From contig VERK01000001.1 in assembly GCA_018882725.1 (NCBI GenBank), positions 1-43,758 of the forward strand: DNA of 43,758 nt, read 5' to 3'. Positions 1 through 10,298 of this stretch are shown here, piece by piece (positions within the stretch are counted from its first letter, which is position 1; each line of letters starts with the position of its first letter). The position numbers and the translations under genes are program-made. The notes below the pieces were generated by a model. That model was not told where the DNA came from and did not search any database. It saw only the letters and a program-made list of their open reading frames with translations. The stretch comes from Actinomycetota bacterium. Lineage in GTDB: Bacteria; Actinomycetota; Acidimicrobiia; Acidimicrobiales; Ilumatobacteraceae.

Positions 1-62
1 GTTCAAGAAGCATCGACCGATGTCGACAAGGGCATCGGCGATCCGGGGTCAAGGAGTCTCGA

Positions 63-1154
63 GTGAAGTTCCGATGTGAGCGCGACATCCTCGCCGACGC
101 GTTCGGCGCCGCCAGCCGGGCTGCCACCGGCCGAGCCACCAACCCCACGTTGTCGTGCCTGCGCTTGGTTCTGGCTGGCGACTCGCTGCGGGTCACGGGC
201 ACAGATGGCGATCTGACCATCGAAGCCGTCGTTCCGGTGGCTGATGGCAAAGACGGTGTGGTGTTGCTTCCGGCGAAGTTGGCCAGTGAAGTCGTGCGCT
301 CGCTTCCGTCGGGTGCGGTCACGATCGAGGTCGGCGACGACAAGGTGCAGATTTCCGCCAGTCGTGTGAACTTCTCGGTTCCCACCGGGGCCGAAGGCGA
401 CTTCCCGAAGTGGAGCGGCTCGGTGGGTGGGGGTGTCACCGTTCCGGCGGCCACGCTCTCAGAAGCGCTGAAGCAGGTCGTTCGCGCAGCGAGCACCGAC
501 GACGCGCGCGGCGTCCTCACTGGAGTACTCATCACCGGAGTCGACAAGAAGCTTCGCTTGGTTGCCACCGACTCGTATCGCCTCGCTATCCGCGACATCG
601 ACGCCGCGGTTCTGCCTGATGGTGCGAAGTTCGTGGTGCCGGCCCGTGCACTCGGCGAGCTGCAGCGTCTGCTCGGCAATGCCGAAACCGTCAGCATCAA
701 CATCACCGACAACGACGCAACGTTCGAGATGGGCGCGACCCGTTTGGTGACACGGCTGCTGTCGGGAACGTTTGCCGATTACCAACGTCTCATCCCTCCC
801 AGTCCGCCCAACAGCCTCACGATCTCGCGCGAATCGGTCCTTGAATCGATTCGTCGCGTGAAGCTCGTCGCCCGCGATCCGATCGGCACACCGCTGCGTA
901 TTCGTATCGCGTCCGATGGCGTCACGTTGCGCATGGTGAGCCAGGACAGCGGAGAGGCGCACGAGCAACTCGACGGTGACATGTCGGGTAACGAAATCGA
1001 GATGTCGTTCAACAACGAACTTCTCGCTGCGGGCATCGAAGCGTGTGGTGCCGAACTCGTCACCATTCAGACGAGCGAGCCGGGCAAGTTGGCGGTCATC
1101 CGTCCGAAAGACGACCCGTCGTACACGTATCTGTTGATGCCCTTGCGTTCCTGA
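63..1154 (+). CDS. dnaN: DNA polymerase III subunit beta (sliding clamp)
   Basis: 363-aa ORF. GTG start lies 6 nt downstream of AAGGAG (51-56). The sequence is beta-clamp-like over its full length and sits in the canonical position ahead of recF-gyrB-gyrA. Confidence 0.95.
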   Translation: MKFRCERDILADAFGAASRAATGRATNPTLSCLRLVLAGDSLRVTGTDGDLTIEAVVPVADGKDGVVLLPAKLASEVVRSLPSGAVTIEVGDDKVQISASRVNFSVPTGAEGDFPKWSGSVGGGVTVPAATLSEALKQVVRAASTDDARGVLTGVLITGVDKKLRLVATDSYRLAIRDIDAAVLPDGAKFVVPARALGELQRLLGNAETVSINITDNDATFEMGATRLVTRLLSGTFADYQRLIPPSPPNSLTISRESVLESIRRVKLVARDPIGTPLRIRIASDGVTLRMVSQDSGEAHEQLDGDMSGNEIEMSFNNELLAAGIEACGAELVTIQTSEPGKLAVIRPKDDPSYTYLLMPLRS

Positions 1155-2233
1155 TGTTCATCGAGCAGATCGAGCTCGTCGACTTCCGCAATTACGCACG
1201 GGCTTCGTTCTCGCTCACGGCCGAGACGACGGCGATCGTCGGCCGCAATGGCCAAGGCAAGACCAACGTCGCCGAAGCCATGGCGTTCCTCGCCACACTC
1301 GACAGTTTTCGTCAAGTGCCCACGGCGGCGTTGGTGCGTGATGGTGCCGAGTCGGCTTTCATTCGCGCGACAGTGCGACACGACGACGGTCGTGAATTGT
1401 TGGTGGAAGTGGAGATTCCCCGCCAAGGTCGAGTGAACGTGTTGGTGAACAAGCAACGTCTTCCCCGCACGCGTGATCTCGTCGGTGTTCTGCGCGTCTC
1501 GGTGTTCTCACCCGACGATCTCGATCTGGTGAAAGGAGCACCCTCCGAACGGCGTCGATTCGTGGACGATGCTCTCGTGAGCTTGGCCGCGAAGAACGAC
1601 GCGTTGCGGCTCGAACTCGATCGGGTGATCAGGCAACGAAACACGCTCCTACGTCAATGTGGGGGACGACTCACCGACGAGGTCGGCTTCTCACTCGATG
1701 TATGGGACGAGCGATTGGCGTCGGTGGGGGACGAGATCGGCCAGGCTCGCGCCACGCTGTTGGCACAGCTCCAACCGATGGTCGAAGAGGCGTATCAACA
1801 GGTGGCCGGAATTCCGGTGGCGGTCGCTTTGCGTTACGAACCCGAGTGGCGGCGTTCAGGGTTGGCCGCAGCTCTGTCGGCTTCGCGGCGCGACGACGTC
1901 CGGCGAGGAGTGTCCACCGTTGGCCCGCATCGTGACGACATCGAGTTGTTCCTCGGCTCGATGCCGGCCCGCACCCATGCGAGTCAGGGTGAGATGCGGT
2001 CACTCGCGTTGTCGCTGCGTCTGGCCGTCCATCGCCTGGTGGCGCGCACGACCGACATGACTCCGCTGCTCGTGCTCGATGACGTGCTGAGCGAACTCGA
2101 TCCCGGCCGGTGCGAGGCGCTCTTGGCCCATCTGCCCCCGGGTCAGGTGGTGATCACCACCGCCAGCCCGTTACCCCCAGCGGCGCGACCCGATCGAGTG
2201 ATCACCATCGAAGCCGGCCAGGTGCAGGCGTGA
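1154..2233 (+). CDS. recF: DNA replication/repair protein RecF
   Basis: Track ORF 1043..2233 trimmed to ATG 1154, which shares one base with the dnaN stop (TGATG). 359 aa. Walker A GRNGQGKT near the N-terminus and an SMC-like C-terminal LLVLDDVLSELD motif. Confidence 0.93.
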   Translation: MFIEQIELVDFRNYARASFSLTAETTAIVGRNGQGKTNVAEAMAFLATLDSFRQVPTAALVRDGAESAFIRATVRHDDGRELLVEVEIPRQGRVNVLVNKQRLPRTRDLVGVLRVSVFSPDDLDLVKGAPSERRRFVDDALVSLAAKNDALRLELDRVIRQRNTLLRQCGGRLTDEVGFSLDVWDERLASVGDEIGQARATLLAQLQPMVEEAYQQVAGIPVAVALRYEPEWRRSGLAAALSASRRDDVRRGVSTVGPHRDDIELFLGSMPARTHASQGEMRSLALSLRLAVHRLVARTTDMTPLLVLDDVLSELDPGRCEALLAHLPPGQVVITTASPLPPAARPDRVITIEAGQVQA

Positions 2234-2529
2234 GTGACGAACCGCGAGCCTTGGGGTCGGCTCTCGACCGTTTGCTGGCTTCCCTGAAGGGGGGAGACCG
2301 GTCGACCACGGTGACGGTGTTCTCGCGGTGGACCGAACTGGTGGGTGAGGCGGTGGCGGCCCATGTGACCCCCCTTCGTCTCGACGGTGAAACCCTCGTG
2401 GTGGAGGTCGACGACCCGGCCTGGGCGACCCAGTTGAAGTTCTTGGAACGTGATCTCCTGGCCCGCTTCGGAGAGGCCGGCGCGACCCGTGTGGAGCGGC
2501 TCGAGATCAGGGTCCGACGGCCCCGCTGA
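2230..2529 (+). CDS. dciA: DUF721 / DciA-family protein
   Basis: Track ORF 2110..2529 trimmed to GTG 2230, which overlaps the recF stop (GTGA). 99 aa. DUF721-type core (FSRWTELVGEAVAAHVTPLRLDGETLVVEVDDPAWATQLKF). It occupies the recF-gyrB slot held by Rv0004/DciA in mycobacteria. Confidence 0.8.
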   Translation: MSDEPRALGSALDRLLASLKGGDRSTTVTVFSRWTELVGEAVAAHVTPLRLDGETLVVEVDDPAWATQLKFLERDLLARFGEAGATRVERLEIRVRRPR

Positions 2530-2531
2530 AC

Positions 2532-2547
2532 CACGCCGCGGGGCGTG
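2532..2547 (+). terminator. GC hairpin CACGCC-GCGG-GGCGTG, 3 nt after the DUF721 stop; possible U-tract-less terminator
   Basis: Perfect 6-bp stem with a 4-nt loop read directly from the sequence. It is followed by TGGAAAAAGG, so there is no T-run. Function not established. Confidence 0.3.
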
Positions 2548-2653
2548 TGGAAAAAGGTATGTTTCCCCTGCTCAGAGTGCCTGTTATGGCACGAATCCGA
2601 AGCCTTTTTAGGGTAGGATTTCACCTGTTGTTGCGAGGCCTTCCATCGCCCTC

Positions 2654-2673
2654 GTGAGCCACGTGTGGCTCAC
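2654..2673. repeat. Inverted repeat GTGAGCCAC-GT-GTGGCTCAC upstream of, or overlapping, the gyrB start
   Basis: 9-bp perfect arms with a 2-nt spacer, read directly. The right arm contains the GTG (2665) that opens the track ORF. The repeat ends 40 nt upstream of the better-supported GTG 2713. Confidence 0.7.
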
Positions 2674-2712
2674 AGTTCGAACCGGCCCGCTGAAGCACAC
2701 CACGAGGTACCA

Positions 2713-4664
<1,952 letters not shown>

Positions 4665-4665
<1 letters not shown>

Positions 4666-7139
4666 TGGCTTCCAAGAAGACACCCCCGCCGCCGAGCGAC
4701 CCCACACCCGAAGAACCCATCATCACCGTGCAACCCGTTGCGTTGCAGGACGAGATGGAGCGTTCGTTCCTCGATTACGCGATGTCGGTCATCATGGCCC
4801 GCGCACTTCCCGATGTCCGGGACGGACTCAAGCCGGTGCATCGTCGCATCATCTGGGACATGGACGAACAGGGCTTCCGTCCCGATCGTCCGTTCGTGAA
4901 GTCGGCCCGCGTTTCGGGCGACACCATGGCCAAGTACCACCCGCACGGTGACAGCGCCATCTACGACGCACTCGTGCGCATGGCTCAGCCGTTCTCGTTG
5001 CGCCATCCGCTCATCGACTTCCACGGCAACTACGGATCACCCGACTTCGGTCCGGCGGCGAGCCGTTACACCGAGTGCCGACTCCATCCGTTGGCCATGC
5101 AGTTGCTGGCCGACATCGACGAGAACACCGTCGACATGTCGACCACGTACGACGGAACGCGCGAGGAGCCCACGGTTCTGCCGGCTCGGTTCCCCAACTT
5201 GTTGGTGAATGGCAGCCAAGGCATCGCGGTGGGTATGGCAACCAACATCCCGCCGCACAACCTGGGCGAAGTGATCGACGCGTGCGTGCACATGCTCTTC
5301 AACCCGGGAGCCACACCCGACGACCTCATGCAGTTCGTCAAAGGCCCCGACTTCCCGACCGGCGGAGCAATCCTCGGTCGCGCCGGAGTCATCGACGCGT
5401 ATCGCACCGGTCGAGGCAGCATCAAGATGCGTGCCACTGCCGCCATCGAAGAGAACAAGCGCGGCCAGATGCAGATCGTGGTCACGCAGTTGCCGTACCA
5501 AACCAGTTGCTCGGCGATCGCTGGTCGTATTCAGGAACTGGTGGATGCAGGCGAGATCGACGGTATTGCCGACGTGAACGACGGCTCGTCCGGCGGCAAG
5601 ACCAACCTCACGATCTTGTTGAAGCGCGACGCCAACGCCAACGTGGTTCTTAACAACCTGTTCAAGCTCACCCAACTGCAGACCAGTTTCGGTGTGAACA
5701 TGGTGGCGCTGGTCGACGGGGTGCCGCGTCAACTCACTCTGTCGGACGCGATCGCCGGCTACTTGCGTCATCAGATCGAGGTGCTGACTCGCCGCACCGA
5801 GTTCCGCCTCGACAAGGCTCAACGGCGCGCCCATCTGCTCGAAGGCCGCATCAAGGCACTCAACGTCATCGACAAGATCATCAAGCTCATTCGCGAAAGC
5901 GAAGATGCCGGCAGCGCCAAGACGCAGTTGATGGCCAAGCCGTACGAGTTCACCGAAGTGCAGGCGATCGACATCCTCGACATGCAGTTGCGCCAGTTGA
6001 CGCGTCTGTCGCGGATCGACCTCGAGGCCGAGATCGCCGAACTCACACAGCGCATCGCCGACCTACAGGCCATCCTCGCTGACGACACCAAGTTGCGTAC
6101 GGTCATCAAGGACGAATTGCTGGCCATCAAGGAAGAGTTCGCCACACCGCGCGTGTGCCCGATCACTCTCGACGCTGGTGAGATGAGCCTCGAGGACTTG
6201 GTGGACGACACCGAGCTGGTGATCGTGATGACCGCGGCGCAGTACGTGAAGGCCGTGGCCGCGTCGAACTTCCGCACACAGGGCCGTGGTGGCAAGGGTG
6301 TCACTGGTGCCAAGTTGAAGGCTGACGACATCGTGAAGCACGTGATCTTCACGACCGCGCACGCTTATCTGTTGTTCTTCTCGAATCGCGGCAAGGTGTA
6401 TCGCCTACGCGCACACGACGTCCCCGAACGCGAGCGCGCCGCCAAGGGTGTTCCCATCGTCAACTTGCTGCCGTTGCAGGCCGGCGAGACCATCGAGGCG
6501 ATCATCGACACTCGTGACTTCGCGGCCGAGCGCTACTTGTTCTTCGCGACCCGCGATGGTGTGGTGAAGAAGACCGCGTTCGACGAGTACGACAACGGTC
6601 GCCGCGACGGCCTCATCGCCATCAATCTCCGCCCCGGTGACGAACTGGTGCGTGTGATCGAGACGTCGGGCTCCGACGACATCTTCATGGTGAGTCGATC
6701 CGGAATGACGATTCGTTTCTCCGAAGACGAAGTGCGGCCGATGGGTCGAGCCACCGCCGGTGTGCGCGGCATGAAGTTGCGGTCGGGCGACAAGGTGGTG
6801 AGCGTCGACGTGGCGCGTGACGATGCAGCGATTCTCATGATCACCGAGGCCGGCTACGGCAAGCGCACGCAACTCGACAAGTTCAACCAGCAGGGTCGCG
6901 GTGGGATCGGCGTACGCGGCATTCTCATCAAGGAGAAGAAGGGGTACGTCGTGTCGGCCTTCATGGTCGGTATCGACGACGAGATTGTGGCTGTCACATC
7001 CGGTGGCGCCACCATCCGCACCGAAGTCCGCAACATCTCGTCGCAGGGTCGTACCGCGACAGGTGTGCGGGTCATGACCGTGGACGAGGGCCAGACGGTG
7101 TCGTCGGTTGCTCTCATCCTCGGTGGCGACGACGAGTGA
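4665..7139 (+). CDS. gyrA: DNA gyrase subunit A
   Basis: 824 aa. ATG 4665 shares one base with the gyrB stop (TGATG). QRDR-type [10 protein letters not shown], the catalytic Tyr context [10 protein letters not shown], and C-terminal beta-pinwheel repeats are present. Confidence 0.97.
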
Positions 7140-7462
7140 CGAGCCGGTCTCGGCAGAGCCGAGTTCGCGACAACGGTCAGGCTGGCATTCTGTGTCTCGG
7201 TGTGATCGCCATTCTCTTGATGGCCACCCAGCAGATGGTTCGCCTGGGCGGCGCGGTGGTGGATGCGGCGCGGGCTCAATCGGTGGCTGACGTCGTCGCA
7301 CTCGCTGCCGTGGAGAGCGACGAGGCAGAGGCGTACCGGGTCGCGCGAAACAATGACGCCGAAGTGATGTCGATCGTCGAATGGGCGGGCACCGTCGAGG
7401 TGATGGTGAAGGTGGGCGGCGTGGTGGGTCGAGCGCGGGCGAGCAACATCGACCCACCCTGA
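7136..7462 (+). CDS. Hypothetical protein, Rv3654c-type TadE-like (pseudopilin-like) candidate
   Basis: 108-aa ORF with GC3-rich codons. GTG start overlaps the gyrA stop (GTGA). Layout: an N-terminal DNGQAGIL motif plus a hydrophobic helix ([12 protein letters not shown]), then [15 protein letters not shown], then a C-terminal NNDAEV..VEVMVKV strand pattern. This resembles the actinobacterial TadE-like family (TIGR03816/PF07811). Assigned by eye only. Confidence 0.55.
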   Translation: MTSRSRQSRVRDNGQAGILCLGVIAILLMATQQMVRLGGAVVDAARAQSVADVVALAAVESDEAEAYRVARNNDAEVMSIVEWAGTVEVMVKVGGVVGRARASNIDPP

Positions 7463-7479
7463 TCTTCTACGCTGTCGTC

Positions 7480-8016
7480 GTGTCCGACTCCGGCGACCCG
7501 CTGTTCATCGTCCCGGCAGTTCAACCTGACGAAGACGTTGCCCAGTCGCCTACTTCAGCGCCGGCGAAAGAACCGCTGATCACGGTGGAGCGTCGCCGTC
7601 TGCAACGCACGAGCCGCATCGTTCGCCACATCGATCCGTGGAGCGTGTTCCGCGTGACTCTCGTTTTCCATGTGGTGCTCTATCTCACGCTGTTGCTCAC
7701 CGGCGTGTTGTTGTGGAACGTGGCCAATGCGACGGGAACCGTCGACAACGTCGAGCGATTCATGGAGAGCTTCGGCTGGGAGACCTTCGAGTTCAAGGGT
7801 GGCGAGATTTTCCATCAAGCGTGGATTCTCGGTTTGTTCCTCGTGGTCGGCCTCACCGGATTGGCGGTCCTGGTCGCCACGACGTTCAACCTCATCTCCG
7901 ATCTCGTCGGCGGAATTCGCGTCACGTTCCTGGAGGAGGGCGTTGGACCGGACCCTGAAACTCGGGACGCACCTTCCTGGAGACAGCGGTTGAGGGTGGC
8001 ACGACCCCGCCGATAG
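7480..8016 (+). CDS. DUF3566 transmembrane protein (Rv0007-like)
   Basis: Track ORF 7381..8016 trimmed to GTG 7480, the first start after the preceding stop. 178 aa. RIVRHIDPWSVFRVTLVFHVVLYL plus a second TM helix match the DUF3566 pattern, and the position after gyrA is conserved. Start uncertain (no SD). Confidence 0.75.
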   Translation: MSDSGDPLFIVPAVQPDEDVAQSPTSAPAKEPLITVERRRLQRTSRIVRHIDPWSVFRVTLVFHVVLYLTLLLTGVLLWNVANATGTVDNVERFMESFGWETFEFKGGEIFHQAWILGLFLVVGLTGLAVLVATTFNLISDLVGGIRVTFLEEGVGPDPETRDAPSWRQRLRVARPRR

Positions 8017-8030
8017 GGTTCTCAACCGCT

Positions 8031-8107
8031 GGGGCTATAGCTCAGTTGGTTAGAGCGCATCCCTGATAAGGATGAGGTCACAAGTTCGACTCTTGTTAGC
8101 CCCACCA
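8031..8107 (+). tRNA. tRNA-Ile (anticodon GAT), CCA encoded
   Basis: Full cloverleaf: acceptor GGGGCTA/TAGCCCC, D stem GCTC/GAGC, anticodon stem CATCC/GGATG with loop CTGATAA, T arm ACAAG-TTCGACT-CTTGT, discriminator A, then CCA. Confidence 0.95.
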
Positions 8108-8254
8108 GCGTCCCGTTCAGTCGCGGCTGAATGTCGGTAACTTCACCTTCGTGAAGATGTTGCGTCGAGCCATGGCGGCACTGTCGTTCGCCGGAATCAT
8201 CGCTGCTGCCATTCGTGTGCGTGGTCGGGGCGGCGTCCCGCCCGAGCGTGGCGG

Positions 8255-9262
8255 ATGGCGCGAATTGTCGCGGCCTCGATCGTGACACCTTGCGCCGTCG
8301 TCGGCCTCGGAGCCGTCGGCTCGCGAGTCGCTCATCAACTCACCGCATCCGGGGTGCCCGTGGTCGTTCACGACCCGTTCGTTCTGGGGGACATCGATGG
8401 CGCCCCCGGTGCACAGCGCGTGTTCGCTGTCGACGACCTGTCTGGTGATCGAGTCTCGGCCGCGGTTCTGTGTGGTCCCGCTCCACACGGAGTCATCGCC
8501 CGCGACTTAATCGGTCGCGGTGTGAACGTGATCTCAACTACCGACGACCCCGACGACGTGTACGCGATGCTGGCGCTCGAGGACGAATGTCGTCGTCTCG
8601 ACCGTACTGTGGTGGTGGGAGCGGCGGCTAGCCCGGGCATGTCGGGTTTGTTGGCAGCCGAATTGGCGCGACGTGTCGACAGTGTCGACGAGATCCACGT
8701 GGCGTTCCACGGGACAGGCGGTCCGGCGTGTGCTCGTCAACACCATCGCGCTCTCGGCGGTGACGCTCTCGGTTGGCACGACGGCGAATGGATCGAGCGA
8801 CCCGGAGGCTCGGGACGCGAGTTGTTGTGGTTCCCCGAGCCGATCGGCGGCAAGGACTGCTATCGAGCCGAACTGGCCGACCCGATCGTGTTGCAGCGCG
8901 CGTTCGCGAGTGCGCAGCGCATCAGTGCACGAGTGTCGGCCACACGCCGCGATCGTCTCACCGCCCGCCTTCCGATGATGTCGCCGCCGCACGCCGAAGG
9001 CGGACTCGGTGGTTTACGCGTGGAGATTCGCGGCTCGAAGAACGGTCAACGGGTCACCGAAGTGGCCGGCATCGCCGAACGAACCGCGATCGTCGCCGCT
9101 GCGGTCGCCGCATCGGTGGCCGATCAGGTGATCGGCCTCGGCTCCACATCACCGAGTGGGGTGGTGGTTCTCGGCGACGGGCAACTCGACGACGAAGCTC
9201 TGGTGACAGCAGTCATTCAGCGTGGCATTTCGGTCTTCGAGTACATCGGTTCAGGTTCTTGA
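8255..9262 (+). CDS. NAD(P)-binding protein, saccharopine-dehydrogenase-like (putative)
   Basis: 335-aa ORF. N-terminal Rossmann motif AVVGLGAVGSRVAHQL. GTG 8282 is an alternative start that places the motif at residues 5-10. No closer family call is possible by eye. Confidence 0.5.
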   Translation: MARIVAASIVTPCAVVGLGAVGSRVAHQLTASGVPVVVHDPFVLGDIDGAPGAQRVFAVDDLSGDRVSAAVLCGPAPHGVIARDLIGRGVNVISTTDDPDDVYAMLALEDECRRLDRTVVVGAAASPGMSGLLAAELARRVDSVDEIHVAFHGTGGPACARQHHRALGGDALGWHDGEWIERPGGSGRELLWFPEPIGGKDCYRAELADPIVLQRAFASAQRISARVSATRRDRLTARLPMMSPPHAEGGLGGLRVEIRGSKNGQRVTEVAGIAERTAIVAAAVAASVADQVIGLGSTSPSGVVVLGDGQLDDEALVTAVIQRGISVFEYIGSGS

Positions 9263-9299
9263 CGAATCTCGCCATTGCGCGTCGCTGTACATTCGGGTC

Positions 9300-9785
9300 A
9301 TGACCCAAACGCGTCGCGACGTGCACGATGTAGCGAGCGAGCGCCTTCGCGCAATCGATCAGCGTTATTCGACGGGCCGTCGCAAGCTCGTCCAGATTCT
9401 TTCGTCAGCGGTTCATCCGCTGGTGACCACCGAGATCACCGCGGCCGCCAGCGATCTTCCGCAGAGCTCGGTGTACCGCAATTTGTCGGTTCTCGAAGAG
9501 GCCGGTGTTGTCGTGAAGGTGCTCACCACGGGTGAGCGCTCCGCATTCGAACTGGCTGAAGACCTGAAAGGTCATCACCATCACCTGGTGTGTGTGGACT
9601 GCGGCAAGGTGGTCGACATCGACGTCCCCGAAGACGTGGAACGACTGCTCAGCGATGGAGTCTCACCGGCCATCAAGGACGCCGGCTTCACCCTGATCGG
9701 TCATCGGCTCGACCTCATGGGTCGCTGCGATCAGTGCTCGCGATCGAGTCGCGCCGCCAACTTCTCGACGACCTCGGTCAAGTAG
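9300..9785 (+). CDS. Fur-family transcriptional regulator (Fur/Zur type)
   Basis: Track ORF 9222..9785 trimmed to ATG 9300 (161 aa). Winged-helix N-terminal domain, a His-rich site (KGHHHHLVC) and two CxxC pairs (CVDC, CDQC) typical of Fur-family structural Zn sites. Confidence 0.85.
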   Translation: MTQTRRDVHDVASERLRAIDQRYSTGRRKLVQILSSAVHPLVTTEITAAASDLPQSSVYRNLSVLEEAGVVVKVLTTGERSAFELAEDLKGHHHHLVCVDCGKVVDIDVPEDVERLLSDGVSPAIKDAGFTLIGHRLDLMGRCDQCSRSSRAANFSTTSVK

Positions 9786-10252
9786 TCGACCTTCTGGCGC
9801 AATTCGTCGAGATCGACGAGGTCACGTACGTCTTGAGTGGTGGCGACGTCGGTGAGCGACATGCGAACACTGGCGATTTCGCGGGCGAGGAACTCGGTGT
9901 CGGCCTGTGTGCGTTCGGCGACTTTGCGGTCGAGTTCGGTCTGCGCGCGATCGCGGGCTTCCTGGCGATTCTGAGCGAGCAGGATCAACGGCGCCGCGTA
10001 CGACGCTTGAAGTGACAAGAGGAGCGTGAGCAGCACGAGTCCACGACCCCAGGGGTCGAAGCGCCACGCCTCGGGAACGACGAGGTTGTACGCGATCCAG
10101 ACAGTGATGACGCCCGACTGCCACACGAGGAAACGTGCGGTGCCGAGAGTGCGTGCGATCGACTCGGAGAACTGACCGAAGGCGTCGGGGTCGTAGTGAT
10201 ACCCGAGGCGGCGGCGCTGACGTGGAACGGCGAGTCGTGCTCGATTCTTCAT
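9731..10252 (-). CDS. DUF1003 family membrane protein
   Basis: 173 aa. ATG preceded by AAGGAGG with a 5-nt spacer. Two TM helices followed by LLAQNRQEARDR (the DUF1003 hallmark) and a coiled-coil tail. Confidence 0.8.
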   Translation of the reverse strand: MKNRARLAVPRQRRRLGYHYDPDAFGQFSESIARTLGTARFLVWQSGVITVWIAYNLVVPEAWRFDPWGRGLVLLTLLLSLQASYAAPLILLAQNRQEARDRAQTELDRKVAERTQADTEFLAREIASVRMSLTDVATTQDVRDLVDLDELRQKVDYLTEVVEKLAARLDREH

Positions 10253-10298
10253 GGCGCCTCCTTTCCTTCGGTGTGTTGGTTACATGTGGTGTCGTGCG

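Noticed and set aside
8157-8285. 42-codon ORF (MLRRAMAALSFAGIIAAAIRVRG...) whose TGA overlaps GTG 8282 of the NAD-binding protein gene; also hairpin CTTCAC-CTTC-GTGAAG at 8141-8156
   Set aside because: No usable SD. GC3 (about 64 percent by my count) is below that of confident genes here, and the sequence after the hydrophobic start is Arg/Gly-rich. A GTGA junction alone is not enough. Worth revisiting only if Ribo-seq exists.
9591-9603. Partial DnaA-box-like 7-mers (GTCCACA, CTCCACA, TTCCACA) inside coding regions, e.g. near 9595, 8485, 9145, 23410, 26205, 31795 and 39925
   Set aside because: 7-mers of this composition are expected several times by chance in about 88 kb of two-strand sequence. 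All of them are in coding DNA and none fits the full 9-mer consensus.
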